A DNA stretch of 63,950 nt, filler included, from Octopus bimaculoides (GCF_001194135.2; 5 parts of 3 records of this genome joined end to end with filler, not necessarily neighbours in it), one strand, 5' to 3'; shown: positions 1 through 12,760, numbered from the whole stretch's first letter. The notes: a model not told the origin generated them from the letters alone. Made by a program: numbers and translations.

Positions 1-672
1 TGTATTAATTCTATAAAATTGTGCATAAAGTAATATAAAGTGTATATATAAAGTGCATTAAGTAATCATTGTATTCCAATGTCTTTCACTTTTCAATGAG
101 TAGCAGATGAGCGACTATCTTTCCATACAGACACAACACAGGCTCGCTTTCAGGTTTGTTTGATAAAATTTTCAGAAATAATCCAATAAGTTTACCATTA
201 ATACCGTGAAATATTAACGGGTCCCGTTAGTTTCATAATAATTCTGTTTGTCATTATGTTACTTAGCCCGTCGGTAACGTTTTCACGTGATTAAAGAAAA
301 AGAGGGAGAGAGAAAAGAGAGAGGGAGAAAAGAGCGCGAGAGAAGCGTCCATGACGTGAGGTAGAGGGAATGTAATTGTAATGCTTTCAAGTGATTAGTT
401 GAAGGGAAAAAGAGGAAAAAGAACAAGGTGAGAGAAAAAGAGGATAAGGCGAAGAGTGAGACAAAGAAGGAGAAAAAAAGAGGGAAAACGAGGGAGAGTA
501 AAGCGTTCATGGCGTGACGTAGGGGGAACGTAATATTTATAACGTGGTTTAAAATGTTAGTTGAAGGTAGAGGAGAAGAGTTAGAAATATAATTTTAGCA
601 GAGGAGTGATGTTCTGATGGTGAGGTTAAAGAAAGGCACTCAGCGGGAGAGAGAAGGATAGAGAAGGAGAGA

Positions 673-738
<66 letters not shown>

Positions 739-1908
739 AGTGGTGGTGGAGATTGAGGTTATGGTGGTGGTGGTGGTGGTGGTGGTAATATTGTTGGTGA
801 TAGAGGTGGTGATTAGATAGTAAAAAATGTATTTTTTTATATTGAACAAAGTTCTTTTATATCACCTACTACTTAACGCATGCGCATAAGTACAATTCCG
901 TGAAATATTCACGATTTTTTTCGTGGCAGATATATGCAATTCAACTAAAGGTTGTATCATATTTTCGGGATTTTTTTTATGGCGAAAGTGGAAAAATAAG
1001 AGTGAATATCTATTTTATGAGTGCTGTGTATTAATTCTATAAAATTGTGCATAAAGTAATATAAAGTGTATATATAAAGTGCATTAAGTAATCATTGTAT
1101 TCCAATGTCTTTCACTTTTCAATGAGTAGCAGATGAGCGACTATCTTTCCATACAGACACAACACAGGCTCGCTTTCAGGTTTGTTTGATAAAATTTTCA
1201 GAAATAATCCAATAAGTTTACCATTAATACCGTGAAATATTAACGGGTCCCGTTAGTTTCANNNNNNNNNNAGGAGAGTTAGAAATATAATTTTAGCAGA
1301 GGGGTGATGTTCTGATGATGAGGTTAAAGAAAGACAGAGAGATGAGGCAGAGAGGGGGAGAAAGAGAGTGGAGTGAAGGGGAGAAAGAGAGGTGAGAAAG
1401 AGAGGTGAGAAAGAGAGGTGAGAAAGAGAGGGGAGAGATAGGGGGAGAAAGAAGGAGAGAGGGAGAGGAAGATGGTGGTGGTACGTGGAAAATGGAAAGT
1501 GTACTTCTTTTTTTTTAATTGAACTAAGTTTTTTGTATCACCTATCACTTAACACTTGCGCATAAGTGCAATTCCGTGCAATATCCACGCTTAATTGCGT
1601 GGCAGATATAAAGGTTGCATCATATGCTCATGGGAAAGATGGAAAAATAAGAGTGAATATTTATTTGATGAGTGGTGTGTAATTAGATATATAAAATTGC
1701 ACATAAAGTATATAAAATGTGTGTATAAAGTGCATTAAGTAATCATCGTATTCCAATTTCTTTCAGTTTTCAATGAGTAGCAGATGAGCAACTATCTTTC
1801 CATACAGACACAACACAGGCTATGCTTTCAGGTTTTTTGGATAAAGTTTTCAGAAATAAGCCAATAAGTTTACCATTAATTCCGTGAAATATTCACGGAT
1901 CCCGCTAG
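1..1908 (+). mobile_element. Tandem copies of a non-autonomous Helitron-like element with an internal GA-rich tract
   Basis: A ~230-bp block recurs at 1-230, 1029-1258 (identical) and ~1680-1908 (diverged). The third ends in the hairpin ccgtga-aatat-tcacgg followed by CTAG|T; the first two read ttag. Confidence 0.65.
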
Positions 1909-1928
1909 TGTATTATTATTATCATTAT

Positions 1929-1981
<53 letters not shown>

Positions 1982-3597
1982 TAATTACTATTATTATTTA
2001 CGTGGCTCCAAGAACTGCTAACTGTTTCTCGTGGTTAGCTGTGTTTCACTGTGGTTATATTTACTGTCGTGTAAGTCCGGTGATCCGCCAACAGATCTAT
2101 GATCCAAGGTATTCAATCGGGGGCCACCACGTCAGTTTGCCACATGCAGGGAGCAGGTGGCCACCCCGTCAGTTTTCCACATGCAGGGAGCAAAAGGTAG
2201 GTGGCGGCGAGCACATTATCGTTTGTATCAAGGATGGGATTTGAAGTAGATTTGGCTGCTATTTCTAGTAGACATAGTGACTAGAGCTCTGTGCTGGTAG
2301 TTTTGCTAGTTGCAGTGACATATTTTGCGATTGTTGTTCTTGTTCAGCCCCAAGTCATTCATAATGAGACATGTCGATGGTCAAAGGTGTTCCAGCATTG
2401 GCCATCCAACTTTTTGCATGTCCATGAGGGACTGAATTGTCCGATGTGTCATTTAACATGGCAAGGAGTGGTTTGAAAGAAATTTCACTGCTATTTCCAG
2501 CAGACATAGCAAACATGTAAAGCTTCACTCCTTGGCATGTTGTAGGAGGTAGTGGTAATGGTGATGGTCGGGAGGTTGCAAGCCGCGTTCCTGCGTGGCA
2601 GTGATGGTGGTGAGATTATTGACAGCTTGTCTATCATTCATTCACACAGTGAGTGATTAATCGATTTTGTCGATCGATTACAACCAAATCGATAGAGGAC
2701 AACAAAAACCTTTATTCGATCGGTGATATGATGGACACACACGTCATGTGTAACGCTTCAAAGACCTTAATGCTAACCTCTCTTTGTGTATATAACGTAT
2801 GTATGTGTCTATGTACGCATGTATATATATATATATATATGTATATGTGTAGTTTTCTCTCTCGCTCTTTCTCTCTCTNNNNNNNNNNNNNNNNNNNNNN
2901 NNNNNNNNNNNNNNNNNNNNNNNNNNNNNNNNNNNNNNNNNNNNNNNNNNNNNNNNNNNNNNNNNNNNNNNNNNNNNNNNNNNNNNNNNNNNNNNNNNNN
3001 NNNNNNNNNNNNNNNNNNNNNNNNNNNNNNNNNNNNNNNNNNNNNNNNNNNNNNNNNNNNNNNNNNNNNNNNNNNNNNNNNNNNNNNNNNNNNNNNNNNN
3101 NNNNNNNNNNNNNNNNNNNNNNNNNNNNNNNNNNNNNNNNNNNNNNNNNNNNNNNNNNNNNNNNNNNNNNNNNNNNNNNNNNNNNNNNNNNNNNNNNNNN
3201 NNNNNNNNNNNNNNATATATATATATATATATATACATACCAGAGTAAGCACATAAATGTGAAACAAGGTGGAAAGAATAGTACTCAAATACTATCGGTA
3301 GAGTAATATGCTTTATTAATAAAGCTGCAAGGACATCACAGAACTGTTACTCAGAGTTTCACTTTGCCTTTCGTCGGACAGTTTTGGTTCCCGTCCAACG
3401 AACGGGAATGTGAATTTCTATGATACCTCTGTAGGTCTATTTATAAAGTTTTAATATATATATGTGTGTGTGTATATATACATGTTGTATGTGTCTGTGT
3501 ATATCTGTGCGTACTTGAAAGTATGTGTGTTTGACTCTGTGTGTGTGCGTCTCCGTGTGTGCCTGTGAGTGCATATTTGTGTAGATATCTATACATG

Positions 3598-3644
<47 letters not shown>

Positions 3645-3794
3645 NNNNNNNNNNNNNNNNNNNNNNNNNNNNNNNNNNNNNNNNNNNNNNNNNNNNNNNN
3701 NNNNNNNNNNNNNNNNNNNNNNNNNNNNNNNNNNNNNNNNNNNNNNNNNNNNNNNNNNNNNNNNNNNNNNNNNNNNNNNNNNNNNNNNNNNNNN

Positions 3795-3839
<45 letters not shown>

Positions 3840-5761
3840 TGCGCGCGTGCGGATGTGTCTGCTCCCCCCTGAGTATATACAGGCATATGTGTATCAACGT
3901 GTACATTTCTGTATGTACGTTCGTCTTTTACTATTATTATTTGTACCTCTCTCCCAATGCCGAAACACTGTAAGGTCGTAAATTTTAGGTCCCCACAAAA
4001 CATACATCTTTAACATACTCATCCTTTGACTCCGGATAAATGTCTAGTTATCTATGTAATAGATTGTTTCAGACTAATGTCGTTGTGTGGTTAACTCGTA
4101 GTATTCCATCGGACGAATCTTGGTAACAATGGCCCAGCCAGTTTCTTCTTCTTTCCCTTCTCCTTCTTCCAGATCTTCTCTTTCCTCGCCTCCTTCTTTT
4201 TCTCCCTCCTATTTTTTCACGTATTTACCCTCTTGATCCTCTCTCACACATAATTTCTCCCCTGCAATCCCATCCTGCATATAGACTTTTAATTTTTTTT
4301 TTCCTTTTTCTTTCCTCCCGATACTTTCAAAGCAACAAGGTCTGATAGACGCACAATGTAATAGCATGACTTTGATGTAAGTCTGAGTAAATGCCTTTCC
4401 CATGCCCCAAACCGCATATATTACGTCATTTTTCTTTTAGAATTTTCGCGTAAACTGGCGTTATAACTAGAGATGGTACGAAAACATGTGTAACTTATAA
4501 TTAAAGATGTATTAAAAAAATTTGCTTGTCTTGTTCTTTTCATTGTATATATATATATATATATGTATAAGGAGAAAAACAATTAGTTTTAAATTTCTGA
4601 GCGACCTTCATGAATCTTGCTTGCTTGCAATGTTACCCACCCAAACTGGCACGTAATGGGAAAATACTATGAATTAATAACCCCTGAAATGTGAGTACGA
4701 ACGGAATGAAACAAATTTCGCCTAAATCGGACAACTGGCTGTTGAGATATTGAGGGTTTTCATGCTATAAATACCCAAAACGGTGCATCCTCTGACAATA
4801 CTCTGAAAATAACTTAACCCTGAAAGGGAAGCAATTCTAACCTTTTGATTATGCACAGCGACTTGACAACAAAAAAATACGAGTTATTTTTTACAGTAAA
4901 TGTTTCTATTTTTGCTTTTGTTAAACACAATATTTTAATCATTTAGAAATATTTTTAAGTGAATGTGATTTCAAAAATGTAAGTTGTTTGTGCAGTAAGT
5001 ATGTATATTTTAGCTTTCTTTTTTCAAATTATTCTCAAATGAATACCATTACAAAATTTTTTTTGACATATTTAAAAAATATTTTAAAGTGAAAAAGGCT
5101 TTAAAAATACGGTAAATATTTCGTAAAAGACCCGTTCGTAACCTCGGTGTGAAATAATTTTTTTCCATAGGATTTTTTGGAGTGCCGTCAACGTATCTCA
5201 ACGCCCGAGGTCTGGCTGCTATTTCTAGCACGCCCGCTACCACGGAACAGCTATTTGCGATAATGGACCTGAAATACCTGTCACGTGGTAGTAGGGTGTG
5301 CAAGAAATAGCAGCTAAATCTTTCTTTTTCTGTAGAAAGGCGCCGTTTACGCGTGATTTCTATGTCATATTCGGTGAAAGCATGCGAAATAACCTGGAAA
5401 AGAAAAAAAAACCCACGAAACAGAACTCTGTTGCTGGGAAACTCAGAATTTCCCGGTGATTCAATGGGTCACGGGTAGTCTAGTTATTATTGTTGTTGAT
5501 GTTTTCGCTGTTATCGTCGTCATCGTCGTCGTCGTCGCCAGCATCATCATCATCAACATCGTCCCCGCCATTGGCATGGATTAACTCTGCAGACTTAAGA
5601 TTATTAGAATTATCTCCTTACATTTATCCAGACTTCACAAGCTGTACACTGACGTCATCATCTTGAGCATGAGTTAAATCATTATCATTCACATCATTAT
5701 CATCATCACCATTATCATCATCATCATCGTTGTCGTCGTCATCAAAGTCAACAACATCAAC

Positions 5762-5818
<57 letters not shown>

Positions 5819-6647
5819 NNNNNNNNNNNNNNNNNNNNNNNNNNNNNNNNNNNNNNNNNNNNNNNNNNNNNNNNNNNNNNNNNNNNNNNNNNNNNNNNNN
5901 NNNNNNNNNNNNNNNNNNNNNNNNNNNNNNNNNNNNNNNNNNNNNNNNNNNNNNNNNNNNNNNNNNNNNNNNNNNNNNNNNNNNNNNNNNNNNNNNNNNN
6001 NNNNNNNNNNNNNNNNNNNNNNNNNNNNNNNNNNNNNNNNNNNNNNNNNNNNNNNNNNNNNNNNNNNNNNNNNNNNNNNNNNNNNNNNNNNNNNNNNNNN
6101 NNNNNNNNNNNNNNNNNNNNNNNNNNNNNNNNNNNNNNNNNNNNNNNNNNNNNNNNNNNNNNNNNNNNNNNNNNNNNNNNNNNNNNNNNNNNNNNNNNNN
6201 NNNNNNNNNNNNNNNNNNNNNNNNNNNNNNNNNNNNNNNNNNNNNNNNNNNNNNNNNNNNNNNNNNNNNNNNNNNNNNNNNNNNNNNNNNNNNNNNNNNN
6301 NNNNNNNNNNNNNNNNNNNNNNNNNNNNNNNNNNNNNNNNNNNNNNNNNNNNNNNNNNNNNNNNNNNNNNNNNNNNNNNNNNNNNNNNNNNNNNNNNNNN
6401 NNNNNNNNNNNNNNNNNNNNNNNNNNNNNNNNNNNNNNNNNNNNNNNNNNNNNNNNNNNNNNNNNNNNNNNNNNNNNNNNNNNNNNNNNNNNNNNNNNNN
6501 NNNNNNNNNNNNNNNNNNNNNNNNNNNNNNNNNNNNNNNNNNNNNNNNNNNNNNNNNNNNNNNNNNNNNNNNNNNNNNNNNNNNNNNNNNNNNNNNNNNN
6601 NNNNNNNNNNNNNNNNNNNNNNNNNNNNNNNNNNNNNNNNNNNNNNN

Positions 6648-6678
<31 letters not shown>

Positions 6679-6843
6679 GAGAAACACACACACATCTGAC
6701 TTTACAATATTAAGTTTCACCCTTCTTCGTACGGAATCTTATTACTTCGTTTAATGAACGGTTTTCTCCCCGTCAAAGGCTATTGTCTACTGCGTCCGTA
6801 TATTTTAACCACCCTACCCCACTATAAATTCAATATTCCCATT

Positions 6844-7205
6844 ATTACCCCCGCCTTCGGTATGGCGGAGATATTGTTTTCAGTCGCGTTTGTTTGTTTG
6901 GACAAGACATCTCACGAACCACTGGATGAATTCGGATGAAACTTTCAGGGATGATTGGCCTCGTGAATGGCACGAACTGATTAGATTTTGGGATCGATCC
7001 GGAACAAGACAAGGATTCTGGATTATTTTTCCGGGTTTTTTTACTTAATTTTTGAGAGCGGTCGGGTCCATTTCTAGTATTCTCGTTTGTGATAGCAGTC
7101 GCGTTTATTTCAGATATTCTTATTTTAGAAATCATCTCCGGCTAATCGTTGAGAAGACGTTGGTGTTGCCTTGGCGGAGGTTTGCGCTCTCTGAGTCCTC
7201 TTGTT
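6844..7205 (+). mobile_element. Non-autonomous Helentron (DINE-1/HINE-like) element
   Basis: 5' subterminal repeat acccccgcc with a local ccgcc/ggcgg hairpin, gtttgtttg run, gaaact...ttttgggatcgatccgg core, and 3' end ccttggcggaggtttgcgctctctgagt..ttgtt. Confidence 0.7.
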
Positions 7206-8564
7206 AATTTTGTAATTCTGTAAAGTTATTTCAAGTAAAAATATTGCAGCAGTTCAGAAAAGTTCTGTAATGTATCATTAGGTGATGCAATTAATCTGTT
7301 GCTCAGTTGAGCAGCGCCATCTAGCGCTTAGGTAGCTTAAGTCATGTCCCGTCTGTTACAAGAATCTAGTTATTACTCCTTCACACTTCATCCCCTCTCC
7401 ACCTGTCTGGAAAATGATCCCATCCCCAAAGAACATGGTTCTTTGCTTTCTTTACTTAACTAAACCATAAAAAAGTTTTCCACCCAAATCTTCCCTAAAG
7501 AATTATTTACCGTTTTAAAAACTGTATAAAAGCAAGTGGTTGAGTTTCTTTTAACACGATTCTGCGTTGAGTTCAAACCGTCCTGAAGATACACTTCTCT
7601 TTCATCTTTTCAGAGGTGAGATAGCAGCAGGAGTAAAAAAATAAGGTGTCAGCCCAAGATGGTGGTTTGACAGAATTATTAGAGGGTGGGACTAGGTGCT
7701 TTATGGTATTAGTTTCGGCCCTTTGTATTCTGAGTTAGGGGAAAGATTTAACACTGTTAAATCCCACACGCCCTTGTTTTAGAGGCCATTAATAGACTTC
7801 CCTTTGATACAGATGTTTGGGCCACGTCTCTGGTGTCAGAATATCTGTTTTCCTTTTGCCTTGCACAAAAAAGAAAGAGGAAAGAAAAAGAAAAGAAAGA
7901 GAAAACGACAATAAAAGAAAAAAGACCCATGGTAGCTGTTCTTAGCCCTCTGACGGATCGGTAAAACAAAATAAAGACCAGCTCCTCTACACAAAAGATA
8001 AAACTTATTATTGGAAGAAATTAAGGAATTAAATAATCATTAAAAAATTTTTGTAGATTCTTTTACTCGGTGTGGATTTCCGAAAAGAGAATCATTACCA
8101 ACAAAGGTTCCTGGACAATGACGTGGATCTTTGGAAATTAAAGAATTTCTTTGATGTTTCCTTAGTTCTTATGGACTCAAGCCACTTCAATTAAAGATTG
8201 TTTTAGCCATCTATTGTTTGTTTTTGTTTATGTTTTGAATCACTATAGAATTAATTTCAATCGTATCTCTAATAACCTCTGTCCTTATTCTTCCAATAAT
8301 CAACCAACAGCTCACTTGTACACAAAATATTACCACAGAAGAAAATTACCAAACCGATTCGCTGCCATCTTGTGAGGTATGATGGAGAACCATTTCATCT
8401 ATCATCTCCTTTTTACCCCGTTTTGACGTTCGGAGTTATTGTCTTCGAGTTACCGATAGCATCAGTTGTCTCCATCACCACCGGTTATACACATGTGTCT
8501 ACTCGCGCCGAGTACTGACCGCTCTCGCTAGCCTCGGCGTCGCCTCACCAAGCGTCGGCTAGAT

Positions 8565-8880
8565 CTTGGTGTAATTTTACTCAGAACATAAAGACGGACA
8601 AAATGCCGCTAAGCATTTTGCCCGTCGTGTTAACTATTCTACCAGCTTGCCGCCTTCGCTTCCGAAATATCGACTTCAAATTTTGGCACAAGGCCAGCAA
8701 TTTCAGGGGAGGAAGCTAGTCGATTACATCGACCCCAGTTCTCAACTTGTACTTATTTTATCGGTCCTAAAGGGATAAAAGGCAATGTCGACCTCGGCGG
8801 TATTCGAACGGACGAAATGCCGCTAACTATTTTGTCCGTGGCGCTAACGATTCTGCCAGCTCGCTGCCTTAAGCTTCCGA
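8565..8880 (-). mobile_element. Two truncated copies of octopus tRNA-derived SINE family A
   Basis: Shares aaaggcaa(a/t)gtcgacctcggcgg and cattttgcccg motifs with the many other copies. Confidence 0.75.
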
Positions 8881-10261
8881 AATATTGCTATTAGTGAAAG
8901 TAAATTTAAAGCCAAAAGCGGCGTTAATTACCTGCTAACATATTAATGATATCACATGTTATTAAGTATCGTAATCATCTACGTGAAATCGAACTCTATC
9001 CCTAACCAAAACAAAACCATTAACAGAACTCAAGATCTGTGTTTAACAGGTTGATCGTTACGTTACCTTCGCTCCACAACTCCTTAACGGATTAATATGA
9101 GCGGCGTTGTAAAATATGGCGTTTTAGTCATTTTTAGAACTAGTGGAGTCAATCCCTCTCCACGAATGACCGCAGCCGAGGGACAAACAGACAAATAGAG
9201 AAACAGACAAGTAGAGTGACAGACAGAAAGCAGAATGCAATCTATCTGGCGCGTGCTAGTTGTTAGGGTGTTGCATACACGATCGCAAACTCGTGGTTTC
9301 GATTTCCGAACCAAGCGGTGCATTGTGTTCCAGAGCAAAACATTTCATTTCATTTGACTCCATTCCACTCAGTTGTAAATAAATGACTTTTGAAGGACTG
9401 GCGTCCCATCCAGGGGAAATGTTTATAATCTTGGTCACACTTCATGGACACTTAGAAACTAGATAACAGGCCTGATGTGTCCTAGGGCCCAAAACAGCAA
9501 TGTTCAGTGGGGGTGAGGTGACGAAGTTGATGGTAACGAATCTATCCGGTGCTCTACCGACTCTGCCAATGGGTCGTCTTAACATGTCTAATTCCATCAA
9601 TGGAATGGTGGCTTTGATCAGCTCTCCCCATCACTCAAAACCACCACCACCACCACCAATATCATTGCTGTCACAGAGTGGGAAGGAAACACAACTGCAA
9701 CAACAACAACATAGGAGTTAACAGCGAGGCTTCTACTTGGTCGCTTGAATTGCAAGAAATAGCAGCCAAGTCTCTCTCAAATCACACCCTACCGTCTTAA
9801 GAACTGACATATTCAATAATGTGATTCTGGGTTTCCTGTACGTAGGAAGAAGTTAAGGTGGTCACGACCGGAATACTTCTCATCTTAGAAAGACGAGTCT
9901 TGAATGTGGTTGCTTGCCGTGCAGGAAATAGTTGTCCACTCTCCCTCATTATCCTACTGACTTGAGGGAAGGACACGTTGAATAATGAACTAGGTACACT
10001 ATGTCATCAAAAATATCGCAAAACAAAACAAATGTCACAGCAGGGAGGCCTTTGATCCTCGCTATTCTATTATGGCTGAACTGAAGGTAAACGACGACAA
10101 TGACAACAACAACAAGAAGCAATAACAACAACAACAGAAATATTTTTAAAGACATTTATTAGTTTAGTTGTGTATCGTTATTTTGTTAAAGATGGAATAG
10201 TTTATTGTTTTTATATCTTTCTGCCAATTTTAGTGGTTTATTATAGTCTCAAAGCATTTGA

Positions 10262-10303
<42 letters not shown>

Positions 10304-10441
10304 GCGTTTATCATCACTCGTTCAGCCTAACAAACAAACAAACAAATATACACAAGATAAAGAAAGTTCCAAAATAATAGGTTTGCAGTTTTGGAAGTGC
10401 AATGGAGATCAAAGCGAAAAAAATGCGGGCAGAATGGGAGA

Positions 10442-10503
<62 letters not shown>

Positions 10504-11366
10504 NNNNNNNNNNNNNNNNNNNNNNNNNNNNNNNNNNNNNNNNNNNNNNNNNNNNNNNNNNNNNNNNNNNNNNNNNNNNNNNNNNNNNNNNNNNNNNNNN
10601 NNNNNNNNNNNNNNNNNNNNNNNNNNNNNNNNNNNNNNNNNNNNNNNNNNNNNNNNNNNNNNNNNNNNNNNNNNNNNNNNNNNNNNNNNNNNNNNNNNNN
10701 NNNNNNNNNNNNNNNNNNNNNNNNNNNNNNNNNNNNNNNNNNNNNNNNNNNNNNNNNNNNNNNNNNNNNNNNNNNNNNNNNNNNNNNNNNNNNNNNNNNN
10801 NNNNNNNNNNNNNNNNNNNNNNNNNNNNNNNNNNNNNNNNNNNNNNNNNNNNNNNNNNNNNNNNNNNNNNNNNNNNNNNNNNNNNNNNNNNNNNNNNNNN
10901 NNNNNNNNNNNNNNNNNNNNNNNNNNNNNNNNNNNNNNNNNNNNNNNNNNNNNNNNNNNNNNNNNNNNNNNNNNNNNNNNNNNNNNNNNNNNNNNNNNNN
11001 NNNNNNNNNNNNNNNNNNNNNNNNNNNNNNNNNNNNNNNNNNNNNNNNNNNNNNNNNNNNNNNNNNNNNNNNNNNNNNNNNNNNNNNNNNNNNNNNNNNN
11101 NNNNNNNNNNNNNNNNNNNNNNNNNNNNNNNNNNNNNNNNNNNNNNNNNNNNNNNNNNNNNNNNNNNNNNNNNNNNNNNNNNNNNNNNNNNNNNNNNNNN
11201 NNNNNNNNNTTCATCCCTGTAAGATAGCGGTTCGGCAATAGAGACCGAGAAAATTAGTAATTATCTTACAAAGAATAAGTCCTAGGGTCGATTTTTTTCG
11301 ACTAAAGTGGGAACTACAGCATGGCCGCAGTCAAGCGAGTGAAGCAAGTAAAGGAATAAAAGAATA

Positions 11367-11545
11367 TACATTATTTACATTTGACGGGTATTTGTCCTCA
11401 TCTTGTTTGTTGTTAACGCAACGTTTCGGCTGATATACCCTCCAGCCTTCATCAGGTGTCTTGGGAAAATGTCGAACCTGGGTTCTCATTCTTAAGGTAT
11501 TTTTCGATGTTATTATTACTATTATTACTATTGTTATTGTTGCTT

Positions 11546-11592
<47 letters not shown>

Positions 11593-11677
11593 GCTGCTGC
11601 TGCTGCTGTTATTATTATTCAGGTCACTGCCTGAAATCGAACTTAGAATCTTGGGGTTAGTAGCGCGTGCTCTTAAC
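11367..11677 (-). mobile_element. tRNA-headed short element with a hammerhead-ribozyme tail, left (inverted) copy
   Basis: Minus strand: gttaagagcacgcgctactaaccccaagattctaagttcgatttc (tRNA-like, B box), then (AAT/AAC)n, then a body with ctgatga...gaaacgtt. Confidence 0.75.
11415..11460 (-). ncRNA. Minimal type I hammerhead ribozyme motif (Penelope-type)
   Basis: gacac-CTGATGA-a-ggctg(gagggtatat)cagcc-GAA-ACGT-t-gcgtt. Core intact, perfect 5-bp stem II, palindromic stem III, stem I with one mismatch. Confidence 0.7.
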
Positions 11678-11749
11678 CCCAAGATTCCGAGTTCGATGCC
11701 AGGCAGTGGCTTGAATAATAATAATAATAATAATAATAAAGAGTACCAC

Positions 11750-11828
11750 AGCAAACCACAGCACATACCCAAGGCGCACAGAGCTGCGCTCGGTAGTGAA
11801 GTGAAAGCACGTTATAAAAATAAAACTA

Positions 11829-11831
<3 letters not shown>
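11750..11831 (+). mobile_element. 82-bp element embedded in (AAT)n, probably a 5'-truncated retroelement tail
   Basis: Identical to the reverse complement of 51331-51412; both copies are flanked by (AAT)n. Confidence 0.75.
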
Positions 11832-11893
<62 letters not shown>

Positions 11894-11957
11894 TAATAAT
11901 AATAACAACATCGAAAAATACCTTAGGAATGAGAACCCAGGTTCGAAATTTCCCCAA

Positions 11958-12003
11958 GACACCTGATGAAGGCTGGAGGGTATATCACCCGAAACGTTGT
12001 GTT
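11958..12003 (+). ncRNA. Minimal type I hammerhead ribozyme motif (Penelope-type)
   Basis: gacac-CTGATGA-a-ggctg(gagggtatat)caccc-GAA-ACGT-t-gtgtt. Core intact, stem I paired, one mismatch in stem II. Confidence 0.7.
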
Positions 12004-12612
12004 AACAACAAACAAGATGAGGACAAATATCCGTCAAATGTAAATAATGTACATAATTCCTCATCTCTTAAATATAGAACTGTAAAAGAATATATATGCT
12101 AATTTTCTAAAATTATGACCAACTCTTTTGCAGAAATTAGAAAGTATTTTCACTGTGTTAGCAAAACAAATTTCTAGGTTGAATATAAGCACTCCTACTC
12201 CATTCTTTTCATTCCAGTTGCTTTATATTTTATCCCCCGTGACCGGCTGCTATTTAGAGCATTTCACAGAAACCTAAGATCACAACTTACAGTAATATAA
12301 TATCCGCATAATACTTTCTAGATTCCTTCCTCGCGTTTCATAACCTCTAAGTATCTTTTGTGAACTCTCAATGTATGTCTTGTGTGATTCACAATCGTGG
12401 AGTTAGCACATATGAATATCTACATACACCTACAAAAAACATATACGTGTGTTTATAATATGTATATACTCACATACAAACATACATATATGTTTGTAAG
12501 TGCATATATAGATATATACATATCGCTCCATAATGACTTATAAAGCCGAAACTTCGATATTACTGCAAATACTTTCCTTGTATACAAACACATGCATAGA
12601 CATATACATATA

Positions 12613-12666
<54 letters not shown>

Positions 12667-12760
12667 NNNNNNNNNNNNNNNNNNNNNNNNNNNNNNNNNN
12701 NNNNNNNNNNNNNNNNNNNNNNNNNNNNNNNNNNNNNNNNNNNNNNNNNNNNNNNNNNNN

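Larger units (their letters stand above)
11675..12085 (+). mobile_element. tRNA-headed short element with a hammerhead-ribozyme tail, right copy (interrupted by an 82-bp insert)
   Basis: Reverse complement of the left copy over both head and body; B box gagttcgatgcc. Confidence 0.75.

Noticed and set aside
7800-8400. Possible Penelope reverse-transcriptase remnant (ELNNH*KIF...CGFPKR)
   Set aside because: Too few matching residues to support by eye.
9500-9721. 73-aa ORF MFSGGEVTKL...QQQQHRS
   Set aside because: No recognisable homology or splice sites; partly CCA/CAA microsatellite and surrounded by SINE debris.
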